DNA of 64,000 bases from Lachnospiraceae bacterium (GCA_045645665.1 JAZRJF010000089.1:12254-76253); one strand, 5' to 3'. Shown: positions 37,306 through 47,630, counted from the stretch's first letter. Notes: a model not told the origin generated them from the letters alone. Numbers and translations: made by a program.

Positions 37306-39243
37306 ATGGCAGAATACGATGGCAGTCAAATTGTCATACTGGAAGGCCTTGAGGCCGTAAGAAAACGTCCCGGTATGTACATCGGTTCCACAGGTACGAG
37401 AGGTCTTCACCATTTGGTTTGGGAGATTCTCGATAACGGAATCGATGAGCATTTGGCGGGTTATTGCAACGAGATAAATATATTACTTCAAAAGGACGGC
37501 GGAATTACGATCACCGACCACGGTCGTGGTGTCCCCGTAGACATTCATCCGACGAAGAAGATTCCTACCGCACGTGTCGTATACACCGTGTTGCACGCAG
37601 GCGGTAAGTTCGGCAACTCTGTCTATAAGGTGTCCGGCGGTCTTCACGGCGTTGGTGCCTCTGTCGTAAATGCTCTGTCGAGTCGCATGATTGTCGAGAT
37701 TAAGCGAGGTGGCTCCATTTACCGTGACGAGTACCAAAAGGGCGGACATCCCGTGACGAAGCTCGAGGATGGTCTTCTCCCGATAGTCGGCACTTGCAAG
37801 AAGTCCGATACCGGAACGAAGGTCACCTTCTACCCCGATCCGACCATTTTCGAAACGATTGAATTCAAGCCCGACACGATTTGCAAACGACTGAAAGAGA
37901 TTGCGTATCTCAATCGCGGACTTACGATTACTTTTACCGATGAGCGAAACGGTGAGACGCAGACCTACTACGAGGAGGAGGGCATTAAGAGCTTTATCTC
38001 CTACATCAATCGTGACGCCAACCCGCTGCATCCGGAGCCGATTTATGTGTCCGGTTCCAGAGGTGACATCGAGGTCGAGGTAGCATTTCAGTACATCGAT
38101 TCGTACACCGAGCAGATCAACGCTTACTGTAACCGTATCAACGTAGTAGACGGCGGTACACTCGTTACCGGTCTGAAGACAGCGCTGACCCGTATTATGA
38201 ATTCTTATGCAAGAGAACTCGGCGTGCTGAAGGACAAGGACGAGAATTTTGACGGTAAGGACATTCGAAACGGTCTCGTGTCCATCGTCTCCATCAAGCA
38301 CCCGGACCCGCAGTTCGAAGGACAGACTAAGACGAAGCTCGGCAATACGGATGCAAAGGTTGCCGTAGACGACGTCTTTGCTACCGAGGTGACCAGATAC
38401 TTCGACAAGAACGTCGAGATTCTCAAAAAGATTCTCGACAACTCGCTGCGCTCTTTCCACGCTCGCCAGGCGAGTGACAAGGCACGCACTGCCGTATTGA
38501 AGCAGTTAAATGACGTGGATACCAAGAGCAAGCTCGCAGCCTGCTCCTCTAAAAAGCCGGCTGAGTGCGAGATATACATTGTCGAGGGTGATTCCGCCGG
38601 CGGTACCGTTAAGACCGCCAGAAACCGAAAGACGCAGGCGGTTCTTCCGCTTCGCGGCAAGCCGCTCAACGTAGAGAAGGCCACTCTCGAAAAGATTTTG
38701 CAGAACAACGAAATCAAGTCGATGATTGCCGCATTTGGTTGCGGTATCGGAGACGAATTCGATATTTCCAAGCTGCGTTACGACAAGATTATCATTCTAA
38801 CCGATGCGGACGTAGACGGTGCACACATCAGCACCCTACTGCTTACGTTCTTCTACCGTTTCATGCCCGAGCTGATTATGGCAGGCAAGGTATATCGCGG
38901 TCTTCCCCCGCTATACAAGGTAGACTACGAGCGTACCGATGTGAAGAAAAAGAAGAAGGAAAGCATCTATCTGATGAACGATTTCGAGCTCGAAAAGTTC
39001 CGCAGAGAGCATGGTGCACACGCTAAGATTCTCGGCGTACAGCGTTACAAGGGTCTCGGTGAGATGGATGCCTCTCAGCTTTGGGATACTACCCTCGATC
39101 CGGAGTCTCGTGTGCTCGCGCAGGTGTCCATTGCGGATACGGTTGAGGCCGACGAGGTTACGACTCTCCTTATGAGTACAAATGTACCGCCCAGACGAGC
39201 ATTTATCATGGAAGAGGCGCAGTACGCGACCTTGGACGTATAA
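37306..39243 (+). CDS. Type IIA DNA topoisomerase subunit B (GyrB/ParE family)
   Basis: Start moved to ATG 37306 (MAEYDGSQIVILEGLEAVRKRPGMYIGST...) behind GAGGAG. GHKL ATPase domain, TOPRIM motifs (EIYIVEGDSAGG, PLRGK) and a C-terminal tail. I cannot separate the gyrase and topo IV paralogs by eye. Confidence 0.92.
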   Translation: MAEYDGSQIVILEGLEAVRKRPGMYIGSTGTRGLHHLVWEILDNGIDEHLAGYCNEINILLQKDGGITITDHGRGVPVDIHPTKKIPTARVVYTVLHAGGKFGNSVYKVSGGLHGVGASVVNALSSRMIVEIKRGGSIYRDEYQKGGHPVTKLEDGLLPIVGTCKKSDTGTKVTFYPDPTIFETIEFKPDTICKRLKEIAYLNRGLTITFTDERNGETQTYYEEEGIKSFISYINRDANPLHPEPIYVSGSRGDIEVEVAFQYIDSYTEQINAYCNRINVVDGGTLVTGLKTALTRIMNSYARELGVLKDKDENFDGKDIRNGLVSIVSIKHPDPQFEGQTKTKLGNTDAKVAVDDVFATEVTRYFDKNVEILKKILDNSLRSFHARQASDKARTAVLKQLNDVDTKSKLAACSSKKPAECEIYIVEGDSAGGTVKTARNRKTQAVLPLRGKPLNVEKATLEKILQNNEIKSMIAAFGCGIGDEFDISKLRYDKIIILTDADVDGAHISTLLLTFFYRFMPELIMAGKVYRGLPPLYKVDYERTDVKKKKKESIYLMNDFELEKFRREHGAHAKILGVQRYKGLGEMDASQLWDTTLDPESRVLAQVSIADTVEADEVTTLLMSTNVPPRRAFIMEEAQYATLDV

Positions 39244-39258
39244 TGAAAGGAGGAGCTT

Positions 39259-41505
39259 ATGCAGACAACTAAGGATTCTATCATTCAGTTGGATTTTGCC
39301 GAAGAGATGCGCAATTCCTTTCGAGATTATGCCGTAAGTGTCATCATCGCTCGTGCTCTTCCCGATGTCAGAGACGGTTTGAAGCCGGTTCAGCGTCGTA
39401 TTCTCTACGCCATGAACGAGCTCGGTCTCGATCCGAAGAAGCCTCATAGAAAGAGTGCCCGTATCGTCGGTGATACAATGGGTAAATACCATCCGCACGG
39501 CGACTCCTCCATCTACGATGCGCTTGTTCACATGACCGAGGACTACTCTCTCGCCATTCCGCTCGTAGACGGACACGGTAACTTCGGCTCCATCGACGGA
39601 GACGGTGCTGCCGCAATGCGATACACCGAGGCACGTCTTTCCGAAGGTGCCATGACGATGCTTGAGCATTTGGACAAAGGACTCGTTACCTTTGTTCCGA
39701 ACTTCGACGATAGTGAAAAGGAGCCTGCCGTTCTGCCGGCAATGCTTCCAAACCTGCTGATCAACGGTACTACCGGTATTGCCGTAGGTATGGCTACAAA
39801 CATTCCTCCGCACAACCCGGTCGAGGTCATCGACGGTGCGATTGCCGTGATGCACGACCCGTATGTGAGCACGGACGATTTGATGCAGCTCATTCCCGGA
39901 CCGGACTTCCCGACCGGTGGCACCATTGTCAACGCAAGCGAGCTTCGCAGCCTTTACGACACCGGTGAGGGACGTCTCAGAGTTCGCGCACGTACCGTAA
40001 TCGAGCCTGGCGAATACGGCAAGAAGAACATCGTCATCACCGAGATTCCCTACACGGTAGCCGGCAACAAGACGCGACTTGTCGAGTCTTTGGTAAATGC
40101 GATGAGGGACAAGGTATTTGAAGAAATCAGCGACGTACGCGATGAATCCTCCAAAGAGGGTATCCGTATTGTCATCGAGGTTAAGAAGGATCGTGACCCG
40201 GAAAATCTTCTGAACGGTCTCTACAAAAAGACCGCGATGGAGGACACCTACTCTGCGAATTTCCTTGCCGTAAAGGACAAGCAGCCGGTACTCTTCAACT
40301 TAAAGACGTTGCTCCAGGAGTTCATCGATTTCCAGGAGGAGCTCTACACTAAGGAATACAAGTACTTATTGGATAAGGCCGAAAAGCGTCTGGAGATTGT
40401 GGGCGGCTTGATTCGCGCCGTAGACGTTATCGACTATATCATCGAGGTGTTACGCGGTTCCTCATCCATTAAGCAGGCGCGCGAATGTCTCATGCACGGA
40501 ACGATAACCGACATCCGTTTCCGCACCGAGGAAGCGAAGCTTGCCGCATCGAAATTCGACTTTACCGAGCGTCAGGCCGATGCCATCCTTGCCATGCAGC
40601 TGCAGAAGCTGATCGGACTTGAGATTTTGAAGCTCCACGAGGAGCAAGAAACTCTTGAAAAGGATATCAAGCGTTTCCAAAAGATTTTGGGCAAGCGTAG
40701 TGAGCTTTACAAGGTAATCGAGCAGCAGCTTCTCATCTTCCGCGAGCGTTTCGCAAGAGAGCGTAAGACAACCATCGCCGAGCTTTCCGTTAAGGACTAC
40801 GTTGTCGAAGAAAAGATTGAAGACCTGTGGATTCTCGTAGATCGCTTCGGCTATACAAAGGCCGTGGATTCCGGTGCCTACCAAAAGGCAGCCGCAGAGA
40901 CGCTCAGCGAGTTCACCCACAAGGTTCGCATACGCTCCAACGATAAGCTGTGCATTTTCACAGCGGAGGGCAACATGCACCAGCTGAAGGTGGCATCCAT
41001 TCCTCGTTGTCGTGTGAAGGAAAAGGGTACTCTGCTTCAGGTTCTCACTAAGATTGAGCAGGAAGAAGCGCTTCTCCTCATTCCGTACGAGGAGCTGTTC
41101 GAATCGCAGCTTCTGTTCGTCACGAAGAGTGGTTTGATCAAGCAAGTATCCGGCGTTGAGTTCGACACCAATCGTTCCGTCATCGCCTCGACCAAGCTCG
41201 AAGACGGCGACCGTCTTGTCGGCATTACCGCTCTCGGAGCAGGCGCCGTCCTTTCCAAGCACCAAAAGGTTGTCATCCTTACGGAAAAGGGACTTTCCCT
41301 CGGCTTTCCGCTCGAGGAAGTTCCCGAGCTGAAAAAGGCAAGCAAGGGCGTTAAGGCAATCACTTTGGAGAAGAAGGATCAGGTTCTCTACGGAACCGTA
41401 TTCGATGCCTCCACGGAAACCTTTACCTTCGACGGTAAAGAGTACCACGCAAAGAAGATTCGCAACCGAAGCCGCGGTGCTAAGGGCCAGAAGGCAACAC
41501 TGTAA
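39259..41505 (+). CDS. Type IIA DNA topoisomerase subunit A (GyrA/ParC family) with a short C-terminal domain and no canonical GyrA box
   Basis: 748 aa behind an AGGAGGAG RBS. Motifs are [17 protein letters not shown] and the catalytic Tyr in [10 protein letters not shown]. No Q(R/K)RGG(R/K)G motif occurs where the first CTD blade begins. Only RSRGAKG is present, at the extreme C-terminus. Confidence 0.92.
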   Translation: MQTTKDSIIQLDFAEEMRNSFRDYAVSVIIARALPDVRDGLKPVQRRILYAMNELGLDPKKPHRKSARIVGDTMGKYHPHGDSSIYDALVHMTEDYSLAIPLVDGHGNFGSIDGDGAAAMRYTEARLSEGAMTMLEHLDKGLVTFVPNFDDSEKEPAVLPAMLPNLLINGTTGIAVGMATNIPPHNPVEVIDGAIAVMHDPYVSTDDLMQLIPGPDFPTGGTIVNASELRSLYDTGEGRLRVRARTVIEPGEYGKKNIVITEIPYTVAGNKTRLVESLVNAMRDKVFEEISDVRDESSKEGIRIVIEVKKDRDPENLLNGLYKKTAMEDTYSANFLAVKDKQPVLFNLKTLLQEFIDFQEELYTKEYKYLLDKAEKRLEIVGGLIRAVDVIDYIIEVLRGSSSIKQARECLMHGTITDIRFRTEEAKLAASKFDFTERQADAILAMQLQKLIGLEILKLHEEQETLEKDIKRFQKILGKRSELYKVIEQQLLIFRERFARERKTTIAELSVKDYVVEEKIEDLWILVDRFGYTKAVDSGAYQKAAAETLSEFTHKVRIRSNDKLCIFTAEGNMHQLKVASIPRCRVKEKGTLLQVLTKIEQEEALLLIPYEELFESQLLFVTKSGLIKQVSGVEFDTNRSVIASTKLEDGDRLVGITALGAGAVLSKHQKVVILTEKGLSLGFPLEEVPELKKASKGVKAITLEKKDQVLYGTVFDASTETFTFDGKEYHAKKIRNRSRGAKGQKATL

Positions 41506-41524
41506 CCTAACATAGATAGCCAAG

Positions 41525-41558
41525 AAAAGACCGAGCCACATATGTGACTCGGTCTTTT
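41525..41558 (+). terminator. Rho-independent terminator of the topoisomerase operon
   Basis: AAAAGACCGAGCCACAT/ATGTGACTCGGTCTTTT, a long near-perfect hairpin ending in TTTT. Confidence 0.85.
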
Positions 41559-41648
41559 CGAAGCTATATACTAGGTACTGATAATCAGCTAATTCAATCG
41601 AGAGAATCCAATCATTCTCCCCCACACACTTGAAGCCTACTTATAGGC

Positions 41649-41759
41649 TTACTTCTTTACTCTCTTCGGCTGGTATATGCCGATCTCGGAAGCCGTTCCG
41701 TTTGCTCTTTTAGCCGCATTACGACTAATCTGTGCAAGAGCCTTCCACAACTTCTTCAT
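41649..41759 (-). CDS. agrD: AgrD-like autoinducing-peptide precursor (36 aa), not in the ORF track
   Basis: ATG at 41759 has GGAGGTGG 6 nt upstream. The product is MKKLWKALAQISRNAAKRANGTASEIGIYQPKRVKK. This gives a basic amphipathic N-terminus, a short core and a YQPK tail like clostridial AgrD (YEPK/HQPE). It lies 86 nt downstream of agrB on the same strand. Confidence 0.6.
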   Translation of the reverse strand: MKKLWKALAQISRNAAKRANGTASEIGIYQPKRVKK

Positions 41760-41845
41760 ACTACCACCTCCGTTCATATATAGTTATCTGCCGAGAGGAC
41801 ATTCTCCAAGCCTCACACCTCATGTGCGACATGGTAACAAGCCCC

Positions 41846-42430
41846 TTAATACTCTTCCTGTGCATCCTTTCGTGTGAGCAACATAAGAACCGTCACTGCA
41901 AACACGGCATACGCAATTGCCTTTCCGCCTTGCGGGGCGAACTGCAGTAGCAAGATCCCGGCCAGAAACAAAAACGGGTACGTGCCGATGCTGATGGCAC
42001 GATAACGACGCTTTTCCGCCATCGACAGCGGCTTATGTACATTCTCAATCGGCGCCCAAAGATAGATGCAAATTCCGTATAGCAGAAATGAAAACAACAA
42101 GATCAGCGTCCATTCAGGCTCTGAAATCGCCTTCCAATCTAATACCGCACAACCGAAAGCTACAACCATGAGAAAGCTCAAAAAGCACGTGACATAATGC
42201 TCGGTATGATACCCACCACAAAACACGCGGGTGCCGATGAACACCAGGTAAAACACTGCCATCCCGATGTAATTTCCAGTGACAATCGCAGCGACAATGA
42301 CGATCAGGAGATTCGCAAGATTCGCAAGCGTAATCTCCATGCCATATTGGCAATATTCCCGCTCTTCCTCTTCAATGGCTTTATGCTGTGACATCTTATC
42401 CACCAGCCAAGCCGCCAAGCTCTGCAACAC
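41846..42430 (-). CDS. agrB: Accessory gene regulator B (AgrB) family membrane peptidase
   Basis: 194 aa and polytopic. The AgrB catalytic context is GTRVFCGGYHTEHYVTCFLSF (conserved R, GG-H and C). It has a GTG start with GAAAGGGG upstream, and an ATG alternative at 42394. Confidence 0.85.
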   Translation of the reverse strand: MLQSLAAWLVDKMSQHKAIEEEEREYCQYGMEITLANLANLLIVIVAAIVTGNYIGMAVFYLVFIGTRVFCGGYHTEHYVTCFLSFLMVVAFGCAVLDWKAISEPEWTLILLFSFLLYGICIYLWAPIENVHKPLSMAEKRRYRAISIGTYPFLFLAGILLLQFAPQGGKAIAYAVFAVTVLMLLTRKDAQEEY

Positions 42431-42623
42431 CTTCGGACCCCTTTCCGACCGCTTTCTACATCGTCTCCTTCAAATCGTATGCTCGTCCATTCCTTCCGGT
42501 CTCCTTAATAGCATACCGAGGCTTGCGTGACCCACAGGAATCGTTACTTCATATAAAATCACACTCGCCGTCGATATACTAACTTACTTATACCATTCTC
42601 ATGGAATAATACAACCCCTCATA

Positions 42624-42657
42624 CGTGTTTGGTATCTATGCGTGCGTGTTTGGTATC
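42624..42657 (-). promoter_or_regulatory. Candidate LytTR-regulator operator: two perfect 13-bp direct repeats with 21-bp phasing
   Basis: CGTGTTTGGTATC occurs at 42624..42636 and 42645..42657 (GATACCAAACACG on the agrB strand). The pair sits between the kinase terminator and a candidate extended -10, TGgTATAAG (42587..42595 on the minus strand). Confidence 0.6.
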
Positions 42658-42698
42658 AAAAAAGAAAAAGATGGTTTTCCTCCGTCGAAAAACCATCT
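42658..42698 (-). terminator. Rho-independent terminator after the kinase gene
   Basis: Stem AGATGGTTTT/AAAACCATCT with a 10-nt loop. On the minus strand it is followed by CTTTTTCTTTTTT. Confidence 0.8.
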
Positions 42699-42761
42699 CT
42701 CATTTCGTAACCTTATGTGGCTTCGTGTGCCGCAATCGGGCAGCATCCTTCGTGAACTACG

Positions 42762-44066
42762 TCACTCCTTTGTGCACAATATCTCACACACGAACCAGCC
42801 GTCCTCATCCTTGTAATGAAGGACGCCGTTGTATTTCTTCACAATGCCCTGCACGCTCTTGATACCCCAGCCGTGATGCTCCTTGTCTTTCTTTGTCGTC
42901 TTCAGATTCGGATTGTTCGGAAGCACCGGCTCGGGAACCGTATTTCGCACGCAAATGCTCTGCATCTTCTCCCCGCACGAAATCTCCACTCGCACTCGCT
43001 TTTCGCTCTCACAAGACATTACCGCCTCGGATGCATTGTCCAAAAGATTTGCAAGCAAAATGCACAAATCTCTTTCCTTAATAAGCGAATTCTTCAGACC
43101 ATGACAGTTCACCTGGAAAAGCACCTGCTGCTCACGCAGCTTGGTTCCCGTACGATTCAAAACAGCATCAATCAGACTGTTGTCGCTGAAGGAAAGCCTC
43201 TCTGCCAAAGCTCGTCCGTCCGCACTCAGCTGCTGCAAATAGCTGATTGCATCCTCATTCTCTCCCTTTTCAAGCAAGCTCGCCACAACATGTACGTGCT
43301 TGTTCAAATCGTGCTGAAGAATCGACACTCGACTTTTCAGTTCGGAAATCTCAACGTCCTGTAGCTCATTTTCCTGAAGCAGACCGATTATTCTCTCTTG
43401 TCTGCGATTGGTCGCGGAAAGCACACTGATTCTCCACAGAACGGTACCCCCGATTATGAAAAGGACAACGAACAATACCGCCGGCACATTCATCTGATTT
43501 GTCTCCATGCGATTCACCACGTGTGTCAACAAGACAAGCACAATCGTCGCAATCACAAGGAAGAACAGGCTGAGCATCGTACCGTCCAATGCGCTGAGCG
43601 AAATCAGCTGCTTACGGTTCAACATCACAAAGACGACGCCGAACACAATTTTGATTAGAAAGCCGGTTACAAGAATGTAGATTCGGCCGCTATAGGTCGC
43701 ACTCATCATTGCAATGGCATTGTCACCACGTATCCAAGTAAACAGATTCAACGTAAGCACACTTGCGCCGATAAGTATCACGCCCCAGCAAGCAGCCAAA
43801 AACAATCTTCTCCACCAAGAGCATCGTACGAGTACCACGGAAAATATAAACGCCAACGTCATATAAGTCGCCGCTCCGAGATATCCATCAAACACTGTGA
43901 GGACATTGAATATAGACACGCAGGTTGCATAGATTGCCGCAAAGATTACCGCCAGTATCATCGTCTGCTTTCGGTTACGTCGATACTCTCCACAAGAAAG
44001 CACGAGAATCAACAGTAGCGCACTACTTAGGACGTTAAAGCCGATTTCGATAAACCAATTACTCAT
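42762..44066 (-). CDS. AgrC-like sensor histidine kinase (polytopic sensor + GHKL ATPase)
   Basis: 434 aa with about 6 N-terminal TM helices. H-box region VSILQHDLNKHVHVV. The ATPase part has LLANLLDNASEA and HHGWGIKSVQGIVKKYNG. Its start overlaps the RR stop (ATGA). Confidence 0.85.
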   Translation of the reverse strand: MSNWFIEIGFNVLSSALLLILVLSCGEYRRNRKQTMILAVIFAAIYATCVSIFNVLTVFDGYLGAATYMTLAFIFSVVLVRCSWWRRLFLAACWGVILIGASVLTLNLFTWIRGDNAIAMMSATYSGRIYILVTGFLIKIVFGVVFVMLNRKQLISLSALDGTMLSLFFLVIATIVLVLLTHVVNRMETNQMNVPAVLFVVLFIIGGTVLWRISVLSATNRRQERIIGLLQENELQDVEISELKSRVSILQHDLNKHVHVVASLLEKGENEDAISYLQQLSADGRALAERLSFSDNSLIDAVLNRTGTKLREQQVLFQVNCHGLKNSLIKERDLCILLANLLDNASEAVMSCESEKRVRVEISCGEKMQSICVRNTVPEPVLPNNPNLKTTKKDKEHHGWGIKSVQGIVKKYNGVLHYKDEDGWFVCEILCTKE

Positions 44067-44797
44067 ATTCTAAGTACTCCCCTCTTCAACATCTCAAGCT
44101 TTACGTCTTGCACGCGGTGTCGGCTGATTGGAATCGATTCGCCGTTGACCAGCACCACATTTTCACGTTCAATCGTCAAAACCTTAGAAGCGTTCACAAG
44201 ATATCTGCTGTGACAGCATACAAAGCCGTTGGCCGCCAGTTCGTCTTTCCACTTAGAAAGAGAACCTCGCGCCACATACTGCCCTTTGTCCGTTACAAAA
44301 TGCAACCTCCGCGATTGCGTCATCACATAATTCAGTTCGCCGATCGGAAGCTTCGTCGCCTGCGGCCCCTCGTCGGTTAGATTCTCTATGTACAGCTCGC
44401 GGTACCGATTCTCATACACCTTATACACTTGGTGAAATGCACTGCGCATATCCTGCTCAAAGCTATCCTTGCGAACAAAATACGTCGGACTATAACGCAG
44501 CGAATCAAACACCAAATGCTCATGATCCGTAATAAACACAACGATGGTCGACGGCTCACAATCACAAACCCGCCGGCTCAATTCAAAGCCGTCCATCTGC
44601 GGCATCTGAATGTCACTGAACAACACCTGATACGGCATCTGTTCGTGCGCGCCGAGCAGCTCGTTACAGTCTTCGAATGCGTCCACAGTCGCCTCTATAT
44701 TGTGCTCTCCACATAGCAAAAGAACGCTTTCGCGTATCCGAGAAAGCATTCCTTTGTCATCATCACATATTGCAATTCTCACAGCCATTCTCCTCAC
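44063..44797 (-). CDS. LytTR-family response regulator (AgrA-like)
   Basis: Receiver domain (IAICDDD...FSDIQMPQMDG) plus a LytTR DNA-binding domain (...LHFVTDKGQYVARGSLSKWKDEL...FVCCHSRYLVNASKV). The start is either GTG 44797 or ATG 44788. Confidence 0.88.
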   Translation of the reverse strand: MRRMAVRIAICDDDKGMLSRIRESVLLLCGEHNIEATVDAFEDCNELLGAHEQMPYQVLFSDIQMPQMDGFELSRRVCDCEPSTIVVFITDHEHLVFDSLRYSPTYFVRKDSFEQDMRSAFHQVYKVYENRYRELYIENLTDEGPQATKLPIGELNYVMTQSRRLHFVTDKGQYVARGSLSKWKDELAANGFVCCHSRYLVNASKVLTIERENVVLVNGESIPISRHRVQDVKLEMLKRGVLRI

Positions 44798-44899
44798 GTG
44801 TACCGGGCATATACCTCTTGTAATAGAGTACCATTATTTCGGCAAAAAGTAAATGCTTATTTGTCAACACGTGACGGAAAATGGCCGTTTTGATTCCTT

Positions 44900-47485
44900 T
44901 CATCCCTGCACGGAAGCCACAAACGCTCCATCCTCTACATCGAGCACAATCGTATCACCCGGATGCACCTTGTCCTCGAGAATGAGTCTCGCGCTCATCG
45001 TCTCGACGTGCTTCTGAAGATATCGCTTCAACGGTCTTGCACCGTAGATCGGGTCAAATGCCGCCTCTACGGCATACTCTCTCGCAGCGTCCGTCAAGCT
45101 AACCGAGATTCTGCGGTCGTGCAGTCTTTGATTCAGCTCCGCCAGTAACAAATCGATGATTCCGCTGATGTTGTCCTTCGTCAATGGCTTGAACAATATC
45201 GTCTCATCTAAGCGGTTGAGAAACTCCGGTCGAAAATGCGCACGCAGCCGCATCATAACGCCTTCCTCACAAGCAGGCTCGATGCTACCGTCCTCTCTCG
45301 TGCCCTCAAGCAACAAATCCGAGCCGATGTTCGAGGTCATAATCAAGATTGTATTCTTAAAGTCCACGGTACGTCCCTGAGAATCCGTAATACGTCCGTC
45401 ATCCAACACCTGAAGCAGCACATTGAACACATCCGGATGTGCCTTTTCCACCTCGTCGAACAGCACTACAGCGTACGGCTTTCTACGAATGGCTTCCGTC
45501 AGCTGACCGCCCTCGTCGTAACCCACATAGCCGGGAGGCGCTCCGATCAGACGTGCCACGGAGTGCTTCTCCATATACTCACTCATATCGATGCGAACCA
45601 TGTTCTGCTCGTTGTCGAACAGTGCCTCCGCCAGCGCCTTCGCCAGCTCCGTCTTTCCGACACCGGTAGGTCCGAGGAACAAAAATGAGCCGATCGGTCT
45701 GTCCGGGTCCTTAATGCCCGCCTTAGAACGAATGATGGCCTCCGTCACCTTCGTCACGGCCTCATCCTGGCCTACGACGCGCAAATGCAGCTCCTCGTCC
45801 AGTCTCAACGTCTTGTTGCGCTCACTCTCCGTCAGCTTTGCCACCGGAATACCGGTCCAACGCGATACGATTCGAGCGATTTCCTCCTCGTCCACAGTCT
45901 CGTGAACCATCGTATTCGCCTTTGCACGAAGCTCCTCCTCTGCGCGACGAAGCTCCTGCTGCAGCTCGGGCAAACGACCGTACTTCAGCTCGGCAGCCTG
46001 CTCCAGATTATAATGGCGCTCCGCCTCGGCAATGCGGTGATTCAGTTCCTCAAGCTCCTCCTTCATGCGGCGTACACGCTCGAGCTCTGCCTTTTCATTG
46101 TCCCACTGCGCCTTTGCCGTAGCAAAGCTTTCTCGCACCTCGGCCAGCTCCTTTTGCAGTGCCGCAAGGCGCTCCTGACTCAGCGAATCCTCTTCCTTCT
46201 TCAGCGCCGCCTCTTCGATCTCCAGCTGCATCATAGTGCGCTTCGCATCGTCCAACTCGGTCGGCATGGAATCAAGCTCTGTCTTAATCAAGGCGCACGC
46301 CTCGTCTACCAAATCAATCGCCTTATCGGGCAGGAAACGGTCCGTGATATATCGATTCGACAGAACCGCCGCATTGACAAGCGCACTATCGGCAATCTTT
46401 ACGCCGTGAAACACCTCATAACGCTCCTTCAAGCCTCGCAAAATGCTGATGGTATCCTCCACCGTCGGCTCCGTTACCAACACCGGCTGGAATCGTCTTT
46501 CAAGTGCCGCATCCTTCTCCACGTATTTGCGGTATTCGTTCAGCGTCGTTGCACCGATACAATGCAGCTCGCCTCGCGCCAGCATCGGCTTCAGCATGTT
46601 GCCGGCATCCATCGCTCCGTCTGTCTTACCGGCACCGACAATGGTATGCAACTCATCAATGAACAAGATGATTCGTCCCTCGCTCTTCTTAACCTCCTCA
46701 AGCACGGCCTTCAGGCGCTCCTCGAATTCGCCACGGTATTTTGCTCCCGCCACGAGTGCTCCCATATCAAGTGCGAACAGCGTCTTATCCTTCAGCGTCT
46801 CCGGCACATCGCCCTGCACAATTCGCTGCGCCAAGCCTTCCACAACCGCCGTCTTTCCGACTCCGGGCTCACCGATCAACACCGGGTTGTTCTTCGTCTT
46901 ACGCGACAGAATACGCACCACATTACGAATCTCCGCGTCGCGTCCGATGACCGGGTCGAGCTTTTGCTGCTTCGCACGCTCCACAAGGTCATAGCCGTAC
47001 TTAGCAAGTGTATCGTACGTAGCCTCCGGATTGTCCGTCGTCACCTGCTGATTACCTCGCACCTCCGCAAGCACCTGCAAAAAGCGCTCCCGCGAGATAC
47101 CGAACTCCTGAAACAGCTGACGCAAGCCCTTGCCGGCATGACGAAGCATACTAAGAAACAGATGCTCCACGCTCACATAAGCGTCTCCCATCGCCTTAGC
47201 CTCATCCTCCGCATAAATCAAAGTCTTGTTGAGCTCCTGCGACATCCGCAAGTCTCCGCCCTGCACCTTCGTCAAATGCTCTATGAGCCCCCTCACCTGC
47301 GCCTGAAATACCTCTTTTTGAATCTCAAGCCGCGTAAGCAGCTGCGGAATCAACCCTTCCGCATCCGACAACAGCGCATAAAGCAAATGCTCCGGCTGCA
47401 ATTCTTGATTTCCGAAATCATAAGCAATTCTCTCACAGGACTGAATTGCTTCGATTGATTTTTGTGTGAACTTACTGATATTCAT
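44900..47485 (-). CDS. clpB: ATP-dependent chaperone ClpB
   Basis: 861 aa with a Clp_N domain, two AAA+ modules (GEPGVGKTA; GPTGVGKTE) and a long middle coiled coil. GGAGGAG RBS. Confidence 0.95.
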   Translation of the reverse strand: MNISKFTQKSIEAIQSCERIAYDFGNQELQPEHLLYALLSDAEGLIPQLLTRLEIQKEVFQAQVRGLIEHLTKVQGGDLRMSQELNKTLIYAEDEAKAMGDAYVSVEHLFLSMLRHAGKGLRQLFQEFGISRERFLQVLAEVRGNQQVTTDNPEATYDTLAKYGYDLVERAKQQKLDPVIGRDAEIRNVVRILSRKTKNNPVLIGEPGVGKTAVVEGLAQRIVQGDVPETLKDKTLFALDMGALVAGAKYRGEFEERLKAVLEEVKKSEGRIILFIDELHTIVGAGKTDGAMDAGNMLKPMLARGELHCIGATTLNEYRKYVEKDAALERRFQPVLVTEPTVEDTISILRGLKERYEVFHGVKIADSALVNAAVLSNRYITDRFLPDKAIDLVDEACALIKTELDSMPTELDDAKRTMMQLEIEEAALKKEEDSLSQERLAALQKELAEVRESFATAKAQWDNEKAELERVRRMKEELEELNHRIAEAERHYNLEQAAELKYGRLPELQQELRRAEEELRAKANTMVHETVDEEEIARIVSRWTGIPVAKLTESERNKTLRLDEELHLRVVGQDEAVTKVTEAIIRSKAGIKDPDRPIGSFLFLGPTGVGKTELAKALAEALFDNEQNMVRIDMSEYMEKHSVARLIGAPPGYVGYDEGGQLTEAIRRKPYAVVLFDEVEKAHPDVFNVLLQVLDDGRITDSQGRTVDFKNTILIMTSNIGSDLLLEGTREDGSIEPACEEGVMMRLRAHFRPEFLNRLDETILFKPLTKDNISGIIDLLLAELNQRLHDRRISVSLTDAAREYAVEAAFDPIYGARPLKRYLQKHVETMSARLILEDKVHPGDTIVLDVEDGAFVASVQG

Positions 47486-47630
47486 ATAGCATCTCCTCCT
47501 CGCTCCTCTGTTCTATTACATATATAACACATCAAACACGACAATGCAAGTACTTTTTACTACATTTTAGTATCTCGTCTACCGCTTCGCCCAGCACACC
47601 CTCTCTTTTCAAGATACGATTCGCGCAGAA

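Noticed and set aside
36915-37307. ORFs of 130 aa (minus) and 67 aa (plus, 37017..37220) in the lysA/topoisomerase intergenic region
   Set aside because: Their repetitive peptide sequences simply mirror the 23-bp DNA repeats. They have no RBS, and the region contains two divergent promoters.
37483-41625. Three long minus-strand ORFs (37483..38460, 38911..39855, 40462..41625)
   Set aside because: All are antisense to the topoisomerase B/A genes and have no independent signals or motifs.
41761-41832. Alternative 23-aa ORF (MSHMRCEAWRMSSRQITIYERRW) directly after agrB as the AgrD candidate
   Set aside because: It does contain a Cys. However, it lacks the amphipathic leader and the conserved Pro-containing tail, and its stop overlaps the RBS of the better 36-aa candidate. 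I keep it as a fallback if the 36-aa ORF is not expressed.
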